Shown here piece by piece: positions 9,497 through 19,446 of a DNA stretch of 64,000 bases. Source of the stretch: a virus; IMG/VR virus record IMGVR_UViG_3300035698_026482, positions 96,001 through 160,000 of that record; one strand, written 5' to 3'. Under the pieces are notes generated by a model. It made no database searches, was not told the DNA's origin, and worked only from the letters and a program-made list of their open reading frames with translations. Position 1 is the first letter of the stretch; the number at the start of each line of letters is the position of its first letter. Both the position numbers and the translations under genes were made by a program.

Positions 9497-9742
9497 CTAG
9501 TCGCCGACGTTAGAAGGACCTATCCATTCAATCCATTCCCAGGCCTTGAGTTTAACTTCTTCATCCGTTGTATCCCAATCCGTTCCTATATGTGCTACGC
9601 TACCGTCGGTGTATAAAAGACCAATTTCAGGCTGTTCGCTTGGGCGATAACGAATCCACCAATAGCCAGATTTCCTTGATTCGCTTCGATTCTCGAGCTC
9701 CTCGCGAATAATCTTGCGTAGTTTTTTTATTACGGATGACAT
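9497..9742 (-). CDS. Small hypothetical protein with LRKIIREEL N-terminal motif
   Basis: 81-aa ORF preceded by ATATTTA 9 nt upstream of its ATG. Confidence 0.6.
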   Translation of the reverse strand: MSSVIKKLRKIIREELENRSESRKSGYWWIRYRPSEQPEIGLLYTDGSVAHIGTDWDTTDEEVKLKAWEWIEWIGPSNVGD

Positions 9743-9751
9743 CTTGTTCGA

Positions 9752-9758
9752 TAAATAT
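9752..9758 (-). promoter_or_regulatory. ATATTTA motif, putative phage promoter
   Basis: 9 nt upstream of ATG 9742. Confidence 0.45.
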
Positions 9759-11668
9759 CAACCCCCACCGGAACCCTTCTTTTTAGTCTTCGTTGTGGGA
9801 ACTGACTTTCCTTCTGCAGGCGGCGCCTTTCGTCTGTCCTTCAGGACTATATCAAGGACGGCAGGTTGCTGTAAATCGGTATTCATGAGTTGTAGACGAT
9901 ATGATCCGCCAGTCTTATCTGTTGACAATAGATTAAGCTTACGTTGTCGACGATCGAATATTTCCAGAAATTCTGGGTCAAAATATACTGCCATTTGCGA
10001 GTGACGTGAATCTTTTATCACATCGACGATTACGTCGTCTTGTGTAACAAACATATTTGGGTATGGTTTTGGTGCGCCTGCTGACGAAACAATCCGACGA
10101 ATGATACTGTTTTTAGCAGAGTCAAATGATGCCTCAATTTGCGTTGAATAATTTGAAACAAGTCCATGTGCATCAACACAACTAACAGCGTAGATAAATT
10201 TCGATGTCCGATTAAAATCTAAGTCAATATACATCGTTTTTGCAGATTTATGCGTTTCAATCAGTGATGGTGCTGGTGTTTCACCTGATTCAATACGCAC
10301 TAAGCTATTATTGAAATCATATTCACGTAGCAATTGAAACGGCTCGTATATTGAGCTTCTTCGGAATACTTGGAACTTCTTAATATCACGTTGTCTATTG
10401 ACTGGGAATGCCCATGTAATACGGGCTGCTTTTGCCTTACGATCCCAGCCAACCTGGAAGTCAGCTGGTGGTGGTGGGGGTACGTTTTCCACACAATCGA
10501 TAACGATTCGCTGACCAGGCTTTGACGAAATAAGCATTGTTGCAGCAACTAATTCATCTTGTCCTTCGACTGTCGCAACAAATTCAACTTCGGCGACGGC
10601 ACGAATTGTATACGAATATCTTTTTCCATAAGCGATATCAGTATCAAACGCACGACTTGTAAGTGGATTTTCAATAATAATCGGATCACGTGTGATCATA
10701 CGACCATCCTCTATAATCTCAGATTTATCAATGATATATCCTGCAATTTTTTTACGAGTATTGAATGACGATACGTTAACACTTCGTGTTTTTACTGGAT
10801 CACCGAATGTTTCATATTCCGCAGTATCGATTGACCCTGCATCAAATTCAGAAACAGCGGATGCTTGTTGAGCTTCCGCGTCTGAAAGTATTGGAGCAAC
10901 TTCATCTATAAAAAGACTGAAGGGGTCTGCACCAATTGATTTAAGAGTTGTACCGATAAATTTGGAGTTGATTTGTACATCCAATCCGACGTCCTTTACT
11001 CGTTCAAATCGCCGTTCAATTTTTTCAGCTTGCATTCCTTCATCAATAAATCTAGCATTTAACTGCTTTAGATTATTCAATGATTCAATAACAAATTTGG
11101 CATCATCTTCACCTTGCCCCACTGATAACAATTTTGCGGCGTCGAATAAGCTAATATTGGGCTTCCCTAATACTCGATTGATCTTTCGTTCGGTCGCTCG
11201 AAACGCATGTTTTAGCTGACGATTATGATTGCTAACCTGGCGAGCCATTGCACCCGATGCGATTAAGAACAGTTTTTCATCAAGCCCATCGTCTTGAAAT
11301 CTTACGCCCGTAAACGAAGTGTTCGTAAGCTCATTTTCGATTTTAATTTTATCAAAGTTTTGCTCAATCGAAGTATCAATCTGGTCGGCAGGGTCGAACT
11401 CGGGCGCCCTGAACATGTTATTATGAAAACCTCCCGCGTTGAGTTTCACAGTAACATAATCAAACTGAATAAACCGAGGGGCTGCTCGTTCAAGTTTTCT
11501 AACAATATCCGTATCTGTCTGATCGAGTTCTTCGCCTACGTCATTGACGCTTTCATCTGGCGAAAAAAAGTTGTAAACAAATTTGCCGCGAAATCCGGGA
11601 ACTTCTGGTACATCTGCAAATGTAACCGGTGACGACGGAAATGATTTATCTAATGAAGCGCGGCCCAT
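9758..11668 (-). CDS. Putative virion protein with FN3/Ig-like domains
   Basis: KRYSYTIRAV and VPPPPPADFQVGWD...ITWAFP...KFIYAVSCVD patterns typical of FN3 folds; translationally coupled in the structural operon. Confidence 0.5.
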   Translation of the reverse strand: MGRASLDKSFPSSPVTFADVPEVPGFRGKFVYNFFSPDESVNDVGEELDQTDTDIVRKLERAAPRFIQFDYVTVKLNAGGFHNNMFRAPEFDPADQIDTSIEQNFDKIKIENELTNTSFTGVRFQDDGLDEKLFLIASGAMARQVSNHNRQLKHAFRATERKINRVLGKPNISLFDAAKLLSVGQGEDDAKFVIESLNNLKQLNARFIDEGMQAEKIERRFERVKDVGLDVQINSKFIGTTLKSIGADPFSLFIDEVAPILSDAEAQQASAVSEFDAGSIDTAEYETFGDPVKTRSVNVSSFNTRKKIAGYIIDKSEIIEDGRMITRDPIIIENPLTSRAFDTDIAYGKRYSYTIRAVAEVEFVATVEGQDELVAATMLISSKPGQRIVIDCVENVPPPPPADFQVGWDRKAKAARITWAFPVNRQRDIKKFQVFRRSSIYEPFQLLREYDFNNSLVRIESGETPAPSLIETHKSAKTMYIDLDFNRTSKFIYAVSCVDAHGLVSNYSTQIEASFDSAKNSIIRRIVSSAGAPKPYPNMFVTQDDVIVDVIKDSRHSQMAVYFDPEFLEIFDRRQRKLNLLSTDKTGGSYRLQLMNTDLQQPAVLDIVLKDRRKAPPAEGKSVPTTKTKKKGSGGG

Positions 11669-14600
11669 TATTTGTTACCTAGCTGAGTAATTTTTGGTGC
11701 AAATTTTAAGCGTGGTCGAACAGATGATTGTCCCGGTCGAGCGGATCTTTGATTCGTAACTGCACGAGGATTTGCACGACGAGCCCGAGACAATTTAATT
11801 GCGCGATCACGGGATGACGCGGGCGGTTCGTATCTTGATATGACGGTAAAATATTGTTCAATTGTTACATCACGCTCGACAGGAGGGCGTCTGACCAGTG
11901 TCTTAGTTTCGCCCGTTGTGGCGTTTCTGGTTTCAATAATACGGTCTTCAGCCCGGAGACGTCTTAGCGCATATCGACCCGATGCAGTTTCATTTGTTTT
12001 CTCGACGTCGATTTCGAATGAAAACGGGTCGACGACAACATTAAAAATTCGTTCAAAAAGCTTTGGTGACGTAATTGCGCGACGCTGGCGCTCGCCACCC
12101 GTCATAATGCTTCTCGAGCTTGCTAGCTTCGCTAAGTCAGTAAGATCATTTGTGACCAACACATTGCCACCGTCAATGTCTGATTTATCAATAATGAGCT
12201 GTTGCTCAAGAATTCCGGGCGTAAATTCACCGTCTTCGATGTTTTGTAATAGCTCATCAAATTCTAAAAAGCGCTCCCGCAGATCGGCAAGCGTAAGATC
12301 ATGAGAGCCTTTTTCTACAAGACGCTCGGCAATGCGCGAAAAAATTGCGCCTGAGTTTGGGTCATCTTGCGACGATATTGCATCAGGCTCGAGCAGGAAT
12401 GAACTTTCTCTAACATCCATGCCTGTGAGCATCCTCAAATATACACCCAACAAATAACTTGAAGTATGATTCTCCGTCATGCTTTCACGATCAGTTTTTG
12501 ACATAAAAGAATAACGGTCGTCTTTTAGTACATCAGCCCCTAATTGACCCCGAATATCACGCAAACTAAATGACGAAAGATCAATAAACTTTGTTAGCTT
12601 AGATATTGTCGATTGATAATTTAGCGGACGCGTTGCCCCTCTGCGCTTTGTATCACGAAACGAGAATGACGATACAAAACGTGACATTTCAAAAACGAAT
12701 TTCTGGGGCTTGAATGTGATATCTTCCTCAATCACGTCCTTTTTATATACGTCAATGGATATCATATCAAGCTCACGATCATTAAGACTGTCCTGGAAGT
12801 CAAGTTCATCAAAGCGATCAGAATCCTCCAACCTGTCTGTAAAACCAGACGGCACACCAATTGTTAGAATTTTTGAAACCTTACCATCAGATCCTCTAAA
12901 GCGAGGGTCGCTGAGCATGCTCCACAACGCATTTTGAACTGGGCGGGAAACATGTGAATCGTCGGCGAACGGTGAACTTACTGTTTTGTCGCCACTTTCC
13001 TTATCCAGCTGCGGATCGAATACAACTTTATCGTTCTTAAAGCGGGCTGGCGAAAATTTTGCGTTGGCGGCAGTAATATCATATAATTGTATCAATGACA
13101 ATGCAGCCTGTTGTTTTGATAGTAACAGACGACGTGCTTCTTTTTCTCGCTTGTCCGATAAAATTCGCAATGCCTCAGGCAACAATTTTGCTTTCTTAAT
13201 GCCGGTATTTTTTTTAACCCTCTTTGACGGCAAGCGCTTACGCGTACGTGCCTGTCCACGGCTGCGCGTTGATTTTTCTGGTCTTACTTTAAACGCGTTA
13301 AATATTGATTTAGGCTGTTTATCTTCAACGCCTAACGTTTGTGCTGCGCTATCAACTGCTTCGTCCAAATCAACAACAAGCGCTCTTAACGTAGCTGTCA
13401 TCGATTCAATAACGTGTCGATCTTCTTGCAAGCTTTTTTTGATGCCGCCGATCTCTGTTTTCAGTTCCTCCAAAATACCGTCGTTAGCGCTATTTCCTGA
13501 TGAGAGTGCGCCTAGTGAACTCCCTATTTGTTTATTTGCATTTTGTGGCTTCAAAAACTTTATTGCCTTAAATGACTTAAACTTTGTGCCTAGAAGGGGA
13601 TTTTTTGTATTAACGGCCTCTATGAATGTTTTCGCCAATGAACGATCAAGCTGAATTTTAACTTGATTGTTGGACGATAGGCTACCAAATGACGAGAAGC
13701 CGTACGATCCAAGCGTAGACGCGAACAACTCAAATCCCATGAGTAATCTTGTGCTTGAACTAATCGAAAGATATCGTGATCTACCTGTTCTATCAGGTCG
13801 AAGATGGCCTTGCGTTTTATTACCTGCAAGGTCCTCTGTTTCATCTATGAACCTGGCTATAATAAGCATGATATCTCGAAAATCTTCGCTAAAATCTTCG
13901 CTTGTAGTGGGTCTATTAAAGTTTATAGAAGTTTTTCTTGCTGCAATCGACGGGCGGCCGAGCGGAGATTTTGCTTGTTTGGCGCTATTCGACGCCATTA
14001 TTGATAAAGAAGATACACGCGTTTGTCCTGCAAGGACAATATTGCCAATCTTTCCTCTACGTGATAATAGCTCAAACGTCCTATCAACGATCAAGCGTTG
14101 TACATGTTTGTAAGCTGCACCAAGTACACGCGTTGTGCGTATCGGTAGTGGTCCAATATTTTCTGCTTCTGTAAAATTAAATTCGTTTGCCTGCGGAGAT
14201 GTTTCTAGAAATACATCCAGTGTTGCGTTATTTAACGCAGGTAAATCGTTATAGATCGCAACTTCATTATTGATTATCTCATCAACAATTTCAATGGTCT
14301 CAGCGTCTTCTGATCCTAGTTTGTCATTCCAAACTACAGACATGAACATCAATTGGAACAATAAGCGTCTCAATCTGCGATCTGTTTGTGCAAGCTCAAA
14401 CACGCCGATTATAAATGCGTAATTACGCATTTTGCCGTCTGTCTTATCAAGACGTTCCAAAATCAAGTTCGTTGATTTTAGCATTCGATTAAAAACAACA
14501 TCGGCACGAACCGCTGCAACTTGCGACCCCCACGCCTTTTTAGATGCGGGTGAAGAGGTTCTTGCCGCTATATCAAGTATGTCAAGCGCAGGCAATAACT

Positions 14601-15912
14601 TTGCCTTAAAATTACGATTGTAATCAATAAGCTTAGAAATATCGAATGAATCTTCACGGCCTACTAGGCCATCGAAAAAATAATCGCTTCCTGGCGCAAA
14701 CCTTCGACCACGCGAATCAATGATATAACGCTTTTCGAAGGGTAGTATTATATCAGTGCCTGTTGACGTTGAATCTTCGATTCTAAAGACGTTCAGAATA
14801 CTATTATCTTGATCAGGCTCATCCAAAATTGATTCGCCGGGTGTGCCAACAAGCTCTGCGATCGGATCGCCTGCATCTACATCAATATTCAATCGACGCA
14901 GTTTGCCCTGTACATCTCGTTTCGATAGCGCGCCAGAAATGCTTAAAAGACGAGCAGTTGTAACTGACAAGAGCTTTACTCGATCTTCACGATTTGACGG
15001 CAATGCACGCATGAATCTAGAAAACGTCTTACGATCGAAAGCATTAAGCGTTTTATTTTCACGAGAGAAATCTGCGATATCAAAAGTAAATTTGCCGTCA
15101 GTTAGTGTTGGTGTTCTATCGTATTTAAGCGAATCTAAATCATCAACCCTGTCGGCATCGACTAATCCAAAAAGACCCGGCGTGTAGCGACGTGTGGCAT
15201 TCGTTAGATCGAACACCATTTGGCCTAAAATTTTCGTATTTGAAAAATGCTTATAACCATCAGATGAAAAACCTAGATGTTCAACGAACAGTTCTTGTAT
15301 ATCAAGGACATGAGAAGTTCGGAACCCGAGTAGCCTGTCAGCTTTCATTCGTAATTGTTTACGATTACCGTAAACGTTAAATTGACGAAGAACCTTATCT
15401 AGGGCACGGTATGTATCAACCATGAATTGAGTATCAACGTTTGCCTGTTCGAGATGATCAAGATATTCGCGTTCTAACGTTCCCAATAATCCAGCAAGCT
15501 CTTCGTCGGCGTGTAGCTGCTTAATAAACGCGTTGATATTGTTTAAACGCAAATTGCGTGTGCACATCTGTAAGTCAAGCATTTCGCCGGAAGGGGCCAA
15601 TATCCCACCGCGCTCGCCGCTATACGCGGGTGAAAAACGTGTAGCTGCAATTATTTCGGGCCTAAAAACGCTAATGCCTTTTTCTGCAAGAATTTTCGCC
15701 CTGCGCATACGAAGTGCTGATAGCTTTAGTTTGTCACCGAAGCGAATTAGTTTACTTGCATTAAAACGCGGCTTTGAAAGACTTAACGGCTTGGCCTTTA
15801 AAATCAACGGGTCAGCCGCTTGGCTAGTAGAAGGCTTCTTTGGTTGAACCGTTAAGCCACCAACGTTTATTGTGCCCTGTTTAAGTTTTAATCCTGTAGG
15901 CATTAGATGCAA
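11668..15912 (-). CDS. Large hypothetical protein (1414 aa), probably virion-associated
   Basis: Long ORF in the structural operon with basic termini and a basic internal patch; no domain recognised. Confidence 0.6.
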   Translation of the reverse strand: MHLMPTGLKLKQGTINVGGLTVQPKKPSTSQAADPLILKAKPLSLSKPRFNASKLIRFGDKLKLSALRMRRAKILAEKGISVFRPEIIAATRFSPAYSGERGGILAPSGEMLDLQMCTRNLRLNNINAFIKQLHADEELAGLLGTLEREYLDHLEQANVDTQFMVDTYRALDKVLRQFNVYGNRKQLRMKADRLLGFRTSHVLDIQELFVEHLGFSSDGYKHFSNTKILGQMVFDLTNATRRYTPGLFGLVDADRVDDLDSLKYDRTPTLTDGKFTFDIADFSRENKTLNAFDRKTFSRFMRALPSNREDRVKLLSVTTARLLSISGALSKRDVQGKLRRLNIDVDAGDPIAELVGTPGESILDEPDQDNSILNVFRIEDSTSTGTDIILPFEKRYIIDSRGRRFAPGSDYFFDGLVGREDSFDISKLIDYNRNFKAKLLPALDILDIAARTSSPASKKAWGSQVAAVRADVVFNRMLKSTNLILERLDKTDGKMRNYAFIIGVFELAQTDRRLRRLLFQLMFMSVVWNDKLGSEDAETIEIVDEIINNEVAIYNDLPALNNATLDVFLETSPQANEFNFTEAENIGPLPIRTTRVLGAAYKHVQRLIVDRTFELLSRRGKIGNIVLAGQTRVSSLSIMASNSAKQAKSPLGRPSIAARKTSINFNRPTTSEDFSEDFRDIMLIIARFIDETEDLAGNKTQGHLRPDRTGRSRYLSISSSTRLLMGFELFASTLGSYGFSSFGSLSSNNQVKIQLDRSLAKTFIEAVNTKNPLLGTKFKSFKAIKFLKPQNANKQIGSSLGALSSGNSANDGILEELKTEIGGIKKSLQEDRHVIESMTATLRALVVDLDEAVDSAAQTLGVEDKQPKSIFNAFKVRPEKSTRSRGQARTRKRLPSKRVKKNTGIKKAKLLPEALRILSDKREKEARRLLLSKQQAALSLIQLYDITAANAKFSPARFKNDKVVFDPQLDKESGDKTVSSPFADDSHVSRPVQNALWSMLSDPRFRGSDGKVSKILTIGVPSGFTDRLEDSDRFDELDFQDSLNDRELDMISIDVYKKDVIEEDITFKPQKFVFEMSRFVSSFSFRDTKRRGATRPLNYQSTISKLTKFIDLSSFSLRDIRGQLGADVLKDDRYSFMSKTDRESMTENHTSSYLLGVYLRMLTGMDVRESSFLLEPDAISSQDDPNSGAIFSRIAERLVEKGSHDLTLADLRERFLEFDELLQNIEDGEFTPGILEQQLIIDKSDIDGGNVLVTNDLTDLAKLASSRSIMTGGERQRRAITSPKLFERIFNVVVDPFSFEIDVEKTNETASGRYALRRLRAEDRIIETRNATTGETKTLVRRPPVERDVTIEQYFTVISRYEPPASSRDRAIKLSRARRANPRAVTNQRSARPGQSSVRPRLKFAPKITQLGNK

Positions 15913-18470
15913 AACCGATCAGTGTCAGCCGAAGGACCTTTTTCAAAGGTCGTTAGCATAGCTGTAATTGTATATTGTGCTGTACCTACATCAATATCTT
16001 CAAGTTCATGAATAAATTCGAATGTTGACGTATCAGACAACGCATGTACTTGACCAATAATTTGTTCTGTTCCTAAATGGTCGAGCGTAATCATGAAATA
16101 ATCAATCCTAGATGTATCACCGATTATATCCCATGTAACGATATTTGTGAATTTATCGGCGCGTTGAACACGTGTTCTAACGATATCTGTATCCTCCGAG
16201 GGAATTGTTATTTCGATGGTCTTGGTATTTCCGATAGCGCCATACATAAATTCTTGGCGGCCATGGTTGCTTTTTCGCGATGAAGTTGTTGTCAATGTGC
16301 CCGTCCTAAGTGTAAGCGGGTGCAAAAATTTTGCGGGCTTAAATGAATACTGTTGCGTCGTTAAATTTGATGGATGGGCACTTGTGCCAGTTAGGCGCGA
16401 CGGCGATTTTGCAACCTTCAGATTACTTTTGAACATTGTCTCAGCTGATCTTAATAACGTAGAAATCATATACCGATATGTTACGCCAGGTTGCAGCGGT
16501 TTAACGGCGTGGGTTTTGCCGACATCTATATCTGAGAATACGCGATTCGACACTACGCCGAAATTCTCTAACTCGCCTGTAGCTGTATTGAACCTCATTA
16601 CGCTGTGAGCAACAAGCTTTGATAGTTGTTCACGATCTTCAAATAATTCCTGCGCAAATAGGCCTGCGATACCTTGGCGGGTGAGTGTTTTCTTTACTTG
16701 ATCTAAATTTGTTTCATCTAGTTCTGATTTAATTGAAAACTTCACATTGAACCCCGCTTGCACCGCCCTGTTACCAATCTTGGTTGATTTACCGGAGTTT
16801 GCGATTTTTTGTATGACAGGATCAGTTGTTGATATATCTACACCGTCTTGATCAACATTCGGGTGTTCATAAAGAAAGTATGCAGATGAAAGCTCCTCTG
16901 ATCCGCATTCGAAATAAAGCAAACAACGATATTCATAGATGTTGTTTGGTTTTACACCGTTGTCCAAAAACTCGATATCGTCATCACTATTCAAAAGAAT
17001 AACGGGCCTTGGTTGACCCACGAATGAAAAACTAGATTCATGTGTTGTTCGATTACGTCTTTGAAGCGCTAACGATACAGGGCCTCTGGCGATGTTTGTG
17101 AGACGTATTCTAGATGAGTCACCCTCAGTGATAACATCGATTGCTGCATGCACGATGCTTTTTCTTCGCCTATTGATTCCAAGGCCCGTGCCGGGTACGA
17201 TGATATTAGTGAATTCAGCACCAACTTCAGCGTTTGGGCCGACGGCAATAAATCTGTAAATTATCGTGCTACTATTGTTGACCCTATCAACAATCTTTAT
17301 TGACCCGTCCGATTTAGATATGCTAAATTCGCCGCTAAATGCATATGCCATAGACAATGCATCGTTTACATTTGTTACGCGTGTGATTGTCTTTCGATAC
17401 ATCTTAATTGATGACGCGTTTGCATCGAGTTGCGTTAGCTCAATTACGTTCCTACCTGGTAATTGCACAGGCGCAATTTGAACAAGTGGGGCCTCACGAG
17501 GCGTATTGAAAATAGTTAACAGGTTTCTATGCGGTACTGTCTTTGTGATAGTTGCAATTACGCTATTGTTTTCGCCAATTAGTTTCATTTCAACGACAAA
17601 CTTATCGACGTCTTTTAATTCGTCTTGATTAATAAGCATCTGTTGTGTAACCTCAACGAAGCGTTGCGTCGTCTCTTCGATAACAGGTATTTCAACGTCA
17701 GCTAAAACATTGGCATCAGATTCCGGATTCGTAGGTTTTCCAGTCAATGAAGCCATTGATGAAAGAAGCTTTGCACCTAGCGCAACGGATCTAGGCGTCG
17801 ACGTCGTTATTTTTGCTTTAGGTGAAGTTCCTGCAAAAGCATGCTGTGTTGAAACAATATGCGTGTTAATTCCAAGAGTCGCAGACGGATCTATTTTTTT
17901 ATTTAGGATTAGTGTTAATGCAGCTGCCTGAATATTACCTACACTTTGATCTACTGGCTGTACGCTAGAAGCAATCTTCATTATTGGCGCTGATCTATTT
18001 TGCGAATTCAGCGTCGAAACAAGTCGTGAAACAATCGATTTTTGACGAGGTAGCAATAGTTCTGCCGCCGCCTCAGATTCACTACTCTTTACTAGACGGG
18101 CAAGCGATGTTGCAATTTTTGATTTGACGCCCGTTGAACTCATCTGGAATGCAGATTGCAGATTCGATAATTTTGAATCCTTCTTTATCGCTGCACCCGA
18201 AAGTAATCCTGCAATTGCGTACGCAGGTTTCACAGCCTGCTCATTTTCGTTGGTCGTAAAAATACTTGTTGGTTTTGATTTTGGAATTCTGCGAATCAAA
18301 ACTTGAACTGTTGATAAATCGTGTTTAATAGCCTTAAGTTGGTCAACCGTAAACGAAAATTCATATGAAAATGTGCCTCGTTCACGCGATACTCGGGAGA
18401 TTCTTGCAAAGTCAGAATTGACGATAACAATGTCATCATCCTTCTTCTTAGTTGGTGCTGTAATACGCAT
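15903..18470 (-). CDS. Putative virion protein with Ig/FN3-like segments
   Basis: 855-aa ORF with repeated beta-sandwich motifs (IYRFIAVG, IYEYRCLL, TYRYMIS). Confidence 0.5.
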   Translation of the reverse strand: MRITAPTKKKDDDIVIVNSDFARISRVSRERGTFSYEFSFTVDQLKAIKHDLSTVQVLIRRIPKSKPTSIFTTNENEQAVKPAYAIAGLLSGAAIKKDSKLSNLQSAFQMSSTGVKSKIATSLARLVKSSESEAAAELLLPRQKSIVSRLVSTLNSQNRSAPIMKIASSVQPVDQSVGNIQAAALTLILNKKIDPSATLGINTHIVSTQHAFAGTSPKAKITTSTPRSVALGAKLLSSMASLTGKPTNPESDANVLADVEIPVIEETTQRFVEVTQQMLINQDELKDVDKFVVEMKLIGENNSVIATITKTVPHRNLLTIFNTPREAPLVQIAPVQLPGRNVIELTQLDANASSIKMYRKTITRVTNVNDALSMAYAFSGEFSISKSDGSIKIVDRVNNSSTIIYRFIAVGPNAEVGAEFTNIIVPGTGLGINRRRKSIVHAAIDVITEGDSSRIRLTNIARGPVSLALQRRNRTTHESSFSFVGQPRPVILLNSDDDIEFLDNGVKPNNIYEYRCLLYFECGSEELSSAYFLYEHPNVDQDGVDISTTDPVIQKIANSGKSTKIGNRAVQAGFNVKFSIKSELDETNLDQVKKTLTRQGIAGLFAQELFEDREQLSKLVAHSVMRFNTATGELENFGVVSNRVFSDIDVGKTHAVKPLQPGVTYRYMISTLLRSAETMFKSNLKVAKSPSRLTGTSAHPSNLTTQQYSFKPAKFLHPLTLRTGTLTTTSSRKSNHGRQEFMYGAIGNTKTIEITIPSEDTDIVRTRVQRADKFTNIVTWDIIGDTSRIDYFMITLDHLGTEQIIGQVHALSDTSTFEFIHELEDIDVGTAQYTITAMLTTFEKGPSADTDRFCI

Positions 18471-18472
18471 GA

Positions 18473-19396
18473 TTATGAGAAAATAATTGTAAAAATGTTA
18501 ACAAACGTATCTGATCCGCGAGAATCTTGAAAAATTCTGCCAACGAAAAATACGTGTTGATTGTCACCATCATCACCGACAAAATCGCCAAAATCAATCA
18601 CGTCAAGCTTAATGACACGATGAACTCGAACATCAAAAATTTGACCGAATATATTGCTATCTGTCGATGTTTCGCTAAAATTGACGACAGTTTTTTGTGT
18701 ATCCTCCAAGTCACCCATAAGCTCTTTAAGCGAGAACGTGTCGCCTTGATCAAGCCTCGGATAATCTGCTAGAGGTGTGCCTATTGGATTTTCTAACGTG
18801 GGTGAATTTATCGGAGGCAAGTATTTAAAGTTGGGCGAATGCGAAAGTCTTTTATCTTGAAACAAGCTTTCGATGGCCTCTAACGATGCATTATCTGTGC
18901 CTTGTTGATCTACTAGCAGCGCGTTAGTGATATCAAAATTAATGCTCTGGCGACTGAGATTAAATTCATTTGAATCGAGTAATGGTTCTGTCGTTGATAT
19001 TGCGTATAGTTGCTTGAATGCGTCAAATGATGAGCTTAAAGCACCTTGGGCAAGTATTTTTCGTTCATCTACAGGCGGAAAATTAAGGTAATTACTACCA
19101 GATGGCACAAGAATATGACCAGATTTCATAGAGAAATTGCCACCCGGTGATTGAACCAAGTTGCCTACATTATCGGCTTCAAAAGTAATCTGATCCTGCG
19201 GTCTACTAAATGCCTCTATGTGTGGACGCTCGGATGCATCTGTTGATCCACTTACTGGATCATATTCATAAAATGCATCCTGGTCTGTAAATGTAGCAAA
19301 TTTAATACGCATTTTGCCACGCGCCATTTGACGACGACCCTCGTTTGTAACGATCGTGTCAAAAATACGCTTTTTGCTATCTAGTAATCCGGCCAT
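18473..19396 (-). CDS. Tail/baseplate structural protein
   Basis: DTIVTNEGRRQMARGKMRIKFATFTDQDAFY, paralogous to the N-terminus of 8690-9403. Confidence 0.5.
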   Translation of the reverse strand: MAGLLDSKKRIFDTIVTNEGRRQMARGKMRIKFATFTDQDAFYEYDPVSGSTDASERPHIEAFSRPQDQITFEADNVGNLVQSPGGNFSMKSGHILVPSGSNYLNFPPVDERKILAQGALSSSFDAFKQLYAISTTEPLLDSNEFNLSRQSINFDITNALLVDQQGTDNASLEAIESLFQDKRLSHSPNFKYLPPINSPTLENPIGTPLADYPRLDQGDTFSLKELMGDLEDTQKTVVNFSETSTDSNIFGQIFDVRVHRVIKLDVIDFGDFVGDDGDNQHVFFVGRIFQDSRGSDTFVNIFTIIFS

Positions 19397-19446
19397 ATGC
19401 TATTAGAAATTATGGTGCTGCTATTAATGAAGGTGGTAAAGGTCTA

